DNA of 64,000 bases from a virus (taxonomy: Duplodnaviria > Caudoviricetes), in the IMG/VR virus record IMGVR_UViG_3300021471_000001, positions 609 through 64,608 of that record. One strand, 5' to 3'. Positions 59,008 through 64,000 of the stretch are shown one piece after another; positions within the stretch are counted from its first letter, which is position 1; each line of letters opens with the position of its first letter. The notes under the pieces are model-generated. The model ran no database searches, had not been told where the DNA came from, and saw only the letters and a list, made by a program, of their open reading frames with translations. Made by a program: the position numbers and the translations under genes.

Positions 59008-59086
59008 ATTACCCTCCTAGGGTTTTCACCTTTGTTTACGACTACTCGGGCAGGTGTAAACCCAAGCAGAAGCCCTCATACGAAGG

Positions 59087-59115
59087 GTTTATCCCTCATA
59101 GGGACGATGTAAAAC
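59087..59115 (-). repeat. Solitary CRISPR-repeat-like unit 2
   Basis: GTTTTACATCGTCCCTATGAGGGATAAAC, with GTTT...AAAC ends. Confidence 0.8.
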
Positions 59116-59158
59116 CCCTTTCCGCTTAGGTAGGACAGCGGGAAGAGGTTTTGGGTGA

Positions 59159-59356
59159 CTAATAAACGAGGGCGTCTTTCTTTTCCGAATAGACGCACTC
59201 ACAGGTTGGAATTTGGTGGTATGCAGTGTGGCTTTCGCCAGCATCTGCATACCACCAGTCAATTATAATGTCCTGGTCGTCTACGACAGGGTAGACGCCT
59301 AGGATAGGAAAATTTATGCTGGAAAGGGGCTTCCCCAAAAATTTTTCTAATTTCAT
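59159..59356 (-). CDS. Small acidic protein (anti-defence candidate)
   Basis: GAGGT RBS; flanked by 65-bp direct repeats. Confidence 0.65.
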   Translation of the reverse strand: MKLEKFLGKPLSSINFPILGVYPVVDDQDIIIDWWYADAGESHTAYHQIPTCECVYSEKKDALVY

Positions 59357-59407
59357 ATCTTATACCTCTTTTTTTTTAATTTTTTTGGTAGGGGCAAAGA
59401 GCCCCAA

Positions 59408-59472
59408 ATCCCTCATAGGGACGATGTAAAACCCCTTTCCGCTTAGGTAGGATAGCGGGAAGAGGTTTTGGG
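59408..59472 (-). repeat. Solitary CRISPR-repeat-like unit 3 plus upstream hairpin
   Basis: 64/65 identical to 59091-59155. Confidence 0.85.
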
Positions 59473-59484
59473 CGGTATGAAAGG

Positions 59485-59727
59485 CTATATGATTATGTCC
59501 TCTGCAAAACTGTGGGCTTTATTTAGCCAGTAATATTTTTTGTGACTTCGATTGGAAGCCCAAAAATGGTATTGATTAAACAGTTGTTGGAGTTGGTCTA
59601 GTTTATTTTTTAATTCTAATTCTTCTGGAGGCAGTTCTGGTGGCGGGGATGATGTAGCGGCAATTTTGTCTCGACCTACCCATAGGGTAGTTTGAATATA
59701 TTTTTCTTTATTTTCAATCTTTTTCAT
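59485..59727 (-). CDS. Hypothetical protein, first gene of the early cassette
   Basis: 29-bp RBS/start region (59722-59750) identical to that of 59159-59356 (59351-59379). Confidence 0.65.
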   Translation of the reverse strand: MKKIENKEKYIQTTLWVGRDKIAATSSPPPELPPEELELKNKLDQLQQLFNQYHFWASNRSHKKYYWLNKAHSFAEDIII

Positions 59728-59829
59728 ATCTTATACCTCTTTTTTTTTAAATATTTTGTGGGGACAAAGCCCCAAAGGATTGGAAACAAAAAAAACCCAG
59801 TCACCCGTTTCTTCTGTTTCGGTGCTGGG

Positions 59830-60320
59830 GTTTGGGGAAGAATTTTTTTTGTAATTTTTTTCTATCGTTTCCATGCCATATAATATTGCAATATATATAC
59901 CACCACGCCATATTTTTTACCTATTTTTTACACAAATCGTACAAACAACATAAACATAACAATTTACATAAACACAAAAAATTAAAAAGCAAAATGCAAG
60001 TATGCCAACTTTACAAAAATTTGTCTAAATATTTTACATAATTCAACCACATTTTTTACACAATTTTAATCGAAATGCATTCATATATCGTTCCAAATAG
60101 CAAAAGCACCGTGTCTAAAATCTTTACATATACACAAAAAATATGTCTATTATTTTTACATAAAAATGCACAGCAAATTGTCGTTATTATCTTTTACACA
60201 TTTTATAGAAGAATCTCCAAAATGCAATGTAGAAAAGGATAAGCAAAGTGTAAGTAATAGATACATATATGTAATCACCACTTACACTTTTGAAAAGAGT
60301 AGGAGTAGTATTATGTTTTA
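59830..60320. promoter_or_regulatory. AT-rich control region with seven co-oriented TTTACAYA motifs
   Basis: Motifs at 59927, 59963, 60033, 60055, 60123, 60155 and 60193; boundary between late and early gene blocks. Confidence 0.5.
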
Positions 60321-60323
60321 AAA

Positions 60324-60527
60324 CTATGCAGTATCTTCAATCTTTAATGAAACAACATCTCCAATCTTTTCGCCAAATGTTTTCACTTTATCTGTATCAG
60401 GTAAGGGATATTGTATAACAGAACCACTATCTAAAGCAATTTCTACATAGTTTACTGATTCTGGAATACCTTCTATCTCATATCCTACAGTCATAATTGT
60501 TCCTGTAGTTTCATATAAAATAGCCAT
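60324..60527 (-). CDS. Hypothetical (tail fibre-associated?) protein
   Basis: GAGGT RBS; follows the fibre-like gene. Confidence 0.55.
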   Translation of the reverse strand: MAILYETTGTIMTVGYEIEGIPESVNYVEIALDSGSVIQYPLPDTDKVKTFGEKIGDVVSLKIEDTA

Positions 60528-60543
60528 AGAAACACCTCATAAT

Positions 60544-61701
60544 TTAATATCTTTCAAAAAAGCCAATGTGAGTCAATTTAACATTGGCATTTGCAGAGCA
60601 ATACATAAACTTGAAAAGCAAATTGGAAGAAGCTATATACTCTGACTCGTTTCTACGTAGTGTTGATCCACCAGTAAGGGTAATCGGACATACTATTGCA
60701 GTAGTTCTAGTAGAATATAACAAGGCCTGATACATAGTAGAAGTAGGTGGCATATAACCATAAAATGGTATTGGCGTTATTCCAGCACTAAAAGGTGTAC
60801 TATTGAACTGTATTTGCCCACTATGACATATAAACGAGCTTCCATAATCTATTTGTGTGTGTGTGAAACGATAAATTGTACCAACCCCGTCTACAAAGAT
60901 AGCTCCAGACATGAGTTTATAGTAGTTGCTGTAAAGTGTCTGTCCGTCTCGTTTTGCAACCCAGGGTTTGAAATAGTCTCTTTGTACGATAACTCCACCA
61001 ACTGAGGTTAAATTTGTACCGTAGAACGATATATTGTCAAGCTTAACCATCAACTGCGTGTCTGACAATATTTCTTGTACAACACCTGTGTTGTATTGTG
61101 AACTTGAACGCCAACATAAAACCTTTGCACCTACTGTGAATAAGTATGGAAGTGGAGATGTAAGAGTAAATGTAGCAGTACCGCCCTTATTCCCACCAGA
61201 TACGGCACTGTAATTACCTTTAGGCTGTCTCATTAACCCAAAGCCAACTAGTGGTTTATTATCAATCGTTATTTCTGGTATATTTAAGCTATCTTGTTCC
61301 GTATTTCCAGCATTAGCAAAAGCCCATAAGAAGTAGTAGCTGTTATTTACTAATCCAAGCCCATCAACAATACCACAGGTTTTATTTTCGTTGTCAATCC
61401 CTTTTGTAGTAATATCAACTGTCCAGTCGTTAGGTTCTTCATACACCTTGCCATCAATCAACACACGAATTACTTTGTCATAGCTTAAATCATTTTGTTC
61501 GGTCGACACATTTTCGTTTTCACCAAAGCTCATTTCTGGTAACTTAGGCGATCTTCCCTCTACTGGTTTGGCAAAAAGCTTAAAGCTATTGCCATCTATG
61601 TACTCTAAACCGAATGTAGAGAAAACCTTCCCTTCATATACTCCACTAGAAAAGGCTTTATTGATTCTTTGATTTAAATAAACTTCCTTATTTGCCTCCA
61701 C
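60544..61701 (-). CDS. Probable tail fibre/virion structural protein
   Basis: Gly/Ser/Thr-rich beta composition; DGLGLVNNSYYFLWA segment. Confidence 0.45.
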   Translation of the reverse strand: MEANKEVYLNQRINKAFSSGVYEGKVFSTFGLEYIDGNSFKLFAKPVEGRSPKLPEMSFGENENVSTEQNDLSYDKVIRVLIDGKVYEEPNDWTVDITTKGIDNENKTCGIVDGLGLVNNSYYFLWAFANAGNTEQDSLNIPEITIDNKPLVGFGLMRQPKGNYSAVSGGNKGGTATFTLTSPLPYLFTVGAKVLCWRSSSQYNTGVVQEILSDTQLMVKLDNISFYGTNLTSVGGVIVQRDYFKPWVAKRDGQTLYSNYYKLMSGAIFVDGVGTIYRFTHTQIDYGSSFICHSGQIQFNSTPFSAGITPIPFYGYMPPTSTMYQALLYSTRTTAIVCPITLTGGSTLRRNESEYIASSNLLFKFMYCSANANVKLTHIGFFERY

Positions 61702-61960
61702 TATAATACCTCTTACGATCTAATACTTTATCTTTTATCTCTTCTACAGGTTTAAATACGTAATTAATATATTCAATTTGCTTTCCCAATTCAGTCGAAT
61801 ACATTATCAATTCTTGTATAATCTTTTGAGTTCTTAAAACATATAATCTTTGAATTTTCATATTGAACTTATGCCTGTTCAGTTCTTTCTTTACACTTGC
61901 CACTTCAAACATCATCCAAATCAGAAAAGCATAGTTAAGTAATATCAAGAATAATTTCAT
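61688..61960 (-). CDS. N-terminally anchored membrane protein
   Basis: Hydrophobic N-terminus followed by a helical region. Confidence 0.55.
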   Translation of the reverse strand: MKLFLILLNYAFLIWMMFEVASVKKELNRHKFNMKIQRLYVLRTQKIIQELIMYSTELGKQIEYINYVFKPVEEIKDKVLDRKRYYSGGK

Positions 61961-62093
61961 TTATTACATTCCTTTTTGCAATAGTTATCTGTGTAAATAC
62001 TTTATAGAATAGTAAAAAATCAACCGAGAGGAGAAAAAACCTATTCTAATAAAGCATTACACAGATAGACACCTAAGAATATCTATTGCACTT

Positions 62094-62285
62094 TTATTTG
62101 TCTTCTGCGATCTTCTTAGTCTTAGTATCATTGTAAACTAGACCGACCGCAATAAGTATGTTTCCTACCATAGTAGCTATTTGCATAAAAGATGCTTCTT
62201 CTATTGGTACATCAGTAAATGTTTTTACAACACTTATTACTGCCCAAATTACTGCTACTATTGCTAGATATCTTGTATACTTCAT
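62094..62285 (-). CDS. Holin-like two-TM protein
   Basis: Start 62285 with AGGAGG RBS; two TM helices and charged C-terminus. Confidence 0.55.
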   Translation of the reverse strand: MKYTRYLAIVAVIWAVISVVKTFTDVPIEEASFMQIATMVGNILIAVGLVYNDTKTKKIAEDK

Positions 62286-62357
62286 CTTTTTTACCTCCTG
62301 TAAAAAGAATTGATGTAATATAGGATGAAAAATGTATTTTTTTAACATATCCCCTTC

Positions 62358-63380
62358 CTATTCGTCATCATCACCCTCTTCTTCATCATCTTCATCCTCA
62401 TCATCCTCTAAGTCGTCTATTTTAGCTTTGTACTCTTTGTTTTGCTTTTTCAGTTCTTTGTTTTGTTCTTTTAAGTTTGTTAATTCGAGTTCTAGGTTAA
62501 TAAGTAATTGGTTCATGTTCTTCAAAGCATTGTTTAGCTGTTCGTTTTCGAGTTTTGCAATCTCAAAGCTTTCTTGGTCTACTTCTTTTTTTAATTCTTC
62601 TTTTTTTGCTTTTAGTCTTTCGATTTCGTCTTGTAATGCTTTGACTTCTTTTTCTGATATTTCTTTTCGGTCTTGTAATGCCTTCGTAATTTCATTGTCA
62701 GCTTTCATTATGTCATCTTTTAGTACTTCAATTACTTTCTTGAAAGCTTTTTCATCAATTGTAACATATAATTCGTCTTTCTTTTCCTTCTTTGACACAG
62801 GAATTACAGAGAATTCTTTTTTTACTTTTTTGAGTTTATCTTTTGTGATTGGTGGAAAACCATATTTGATAATGTCTTCCATTTGTTGATACGGTTCAGG
62901 TTCCCACCCACCGTGTGTTTTCCAAAGCTCATAGAGTTCGTTCTGCTCTTCATACTTTTTTAAAACTTCTACATCAGCGTTTGGAATACTATCTATGCTA
63001 CCTATAAAGCTCTCACCACCTACTTCACCCTCAATCTTAAGTATGCTGTCATCTACTTTTTTCTTATCTACCTTTATAGTTTTCTTTTTTCTTATTCGTT
63101 TTTTCTTTACTATAGGCTTTCTAGTAGCTTTTTTATTCTCTCTGTAAGGAAGAGGTTTATATTCCATCTCTTCAATCTTTTTGTTTATGTTCTCAATGTT
63201 TATTCTATTATCATTAACACTTGTTTGTAAGCCCTCAATGTCGTTTTGATTAATATCAACCCCACCTGAAAGCTTTTTTACAGTGTCATTGAGATTATTC
63301 AATTGCTCTTTTTCTTCACTGGAATTATTACAAGTGAAAATCAATAATGTTAAGAATAATGTAATTATTAGGTACTTCAT
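62358..63380 (-). CDS. Lipoprotein/membrane-anchored coiled-coil protein (spanin-like?)
   Basis: MKYLIITLFLTLLIFTC signal, long coiled coils, very acidic tail. Confidence 0.5.
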   Translation of the reverse strand: MKYLIITLFLTLLIFTCNNSSEEKEQLNNLNDTVKKLSGGVDINQNDIEGLQTSVNDNRINIENINKKIEEMEYKPLPYRENKKATRKPIVKKKRIRKKKTIKVDKKKVDDSILKIEGEVGGESFIGSIDSIPNADVEVLKKYEEQNELYELWKTHGGWEPEPYQQMEDIIKYGFPPITKDKLKKVKKEFSVIPVSKKEKKDELYVTIDEKAFKKVIEVLKDDIMKADNEITKALQDRKEISEKEVKALQDEIERLKAKKEELKKEVDQESFEIAKLENEQLNNALKNMNQLLINLELELTNLKEQNKELKKQNKEYKAKIDDLEDDEDEDDEEEGDDDE

Positions 63381-63394
63381 AAGTTACCCCCTTG

Positions 63395-63856
63395 TTATTT
63401 ACCTAAAATCTTTTCTATTAATAAATATAAGAATCCACCACTTGCTATTGCTCCGCCTAAAAGCTTAAACCATCCTGTTACCGTAAGCTTTTTTATTTCA
63501 AAGCTTTGCTTATATCTTTGTTTATCTAACTCGTTTCTTTCTTTGAGTAGCTGGTTGTGTATACTCATTTCGGCAGTTAGCTTTGTGAACTCGGCAATTA
63601 TGACATTCTCTACTTTGTCCATCTTTTCTGTAAGCTTTTCAAAGAACTTCTCTATTCTGTCTGTTAGTTTAGCAAAAGCTCCGTTCTTAAGTACATCAAT
63701 AATTTCCTTATTGGAACTACGTATTTCATCTGCAACTTTTATAGAATTCTCTTTAGAATGCTTAAGATTAAGGTTGTATTCTAGCATTTGGTTACTAAGC
63801 TTAATAAGTATTTCCCTTAACTGCGAACTTATTTCTTCCTCTTTGTATTTATCCAT
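63395..63856 (-). CDS. Coiled-coil protein with C-terminal TM helix (holin-associated type)
   Basis: C-terminal WFKLLGGAIASGGFLYLLI. Confidence 0.55.
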   Translation of the reverse strand: MDKYKEEEISSQLREILIKLSNQMLEYNLNLKHSKENSIKVADEIRSSNKEIIDVLKNGAFAKLTDRIEKFFEKLTEKMDKVENVIIAEFTKLTAEMSIHNQLLKERNELDKQRYKQSFEIKKLTVTGWFKLLGGAIASGGFLYLLIEKILGK

Positions 63857-63857
63857 G

Positions 63858-64000
63858 TTATACCTTCCTTTCTTGTTCTTTGAGATACTTTTTAAAATGT
63901 TTCTTATCTTTATTAAAGTCTTCTATAATCATTATTAATGCGTTTATATCTGTAAAAATCTCTCTGATAGTTCCTTTATGTATTTCATCATAGTTAAATA
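63858..64000 (-). CDS. 3' end of a CDS entering from outside the window
   Basis: Open frame ...FNYDEIHKGTIREIF...KEQERKV* ending just before the 63856 ATG. Confidence 0.45.
   Translation of the reverse strand, partial: FNYDEIHKGTIREIFTDINALIMIIEDFNKDKKHFKKYLKEQERKV

Noticed and set aside
58404-59472. Canonical CRISPR array
   Set aside because: Repeats are 317-683 bp apart with intact genes between them, not 30-40-nt spacers; reported as solitary repeat mimics instead.
58330-59480. Hammerhead ribozyme or c-di-GMP riboswitch in the structured leaders
   Set aside because: CUAUGAG and GAAA occur but the CUGANGA core and three-way junction do not; GGCAAA is present without the rest of the c-di-GMP-I consensus.
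1-64000. Alternative genetic code, tRNA genes, integrase, introns/inteins
   Set aside because: Hallmark genes are uninterrupted and of normal or short length in the standard code; no tRNA-like or recombinase motifs were noticed by eye. tRNAscan-SE was not run.

Overview
Almost the whole window is one AT-rich tailed-phage (siphovirus-like) genome in the standard genetic code, transcribed on the minus strand apart from one convincing plus-strand gene. Read along the minus strand it contains: lysis/tail-fibre genes (60-64 kb); an AT-rich control region; an early cassette of small genes separated by structured repeats (57.8-59.8 kb); recombination and replication genes (annealase-like protein, initiator with internal palindromic iterons, DnaC-like loader); an array-less type IV-B CRISPR effector operon; terminase, ThyX-like, class II RNR, portal, scaffold and capsid genes; a glycosyl/methyltransferase block; tail tube, a ~2,680-aa tape measure protein, an M23 peptidase and tail-tip genes. 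AGGAG-type RBSs, sigma70-like promoters and the M23 peptidase point to a bacterial host. No integrase, tRNA or canonical CRISPR array was seen. There are two main leads. (1) The phage-borne csf1-cas11-csf2-csf3 operon is translationally coupled through a glycosyltransferase-like and a DNA-methyltransferase-like gene to a cysH-like gene. (2) Solitary CRISPR-repeat mimics (core ATCGTCCCTATGAGGGAT) sit inside structured RNA leaders between small early genes, like an array whose spacers are whole genes. They may be Cas6-processed anti-CRISPR elements or the missing RNA partner of the type IV-B complex. All family assignments come from motif recognition by eye, not from database searches.
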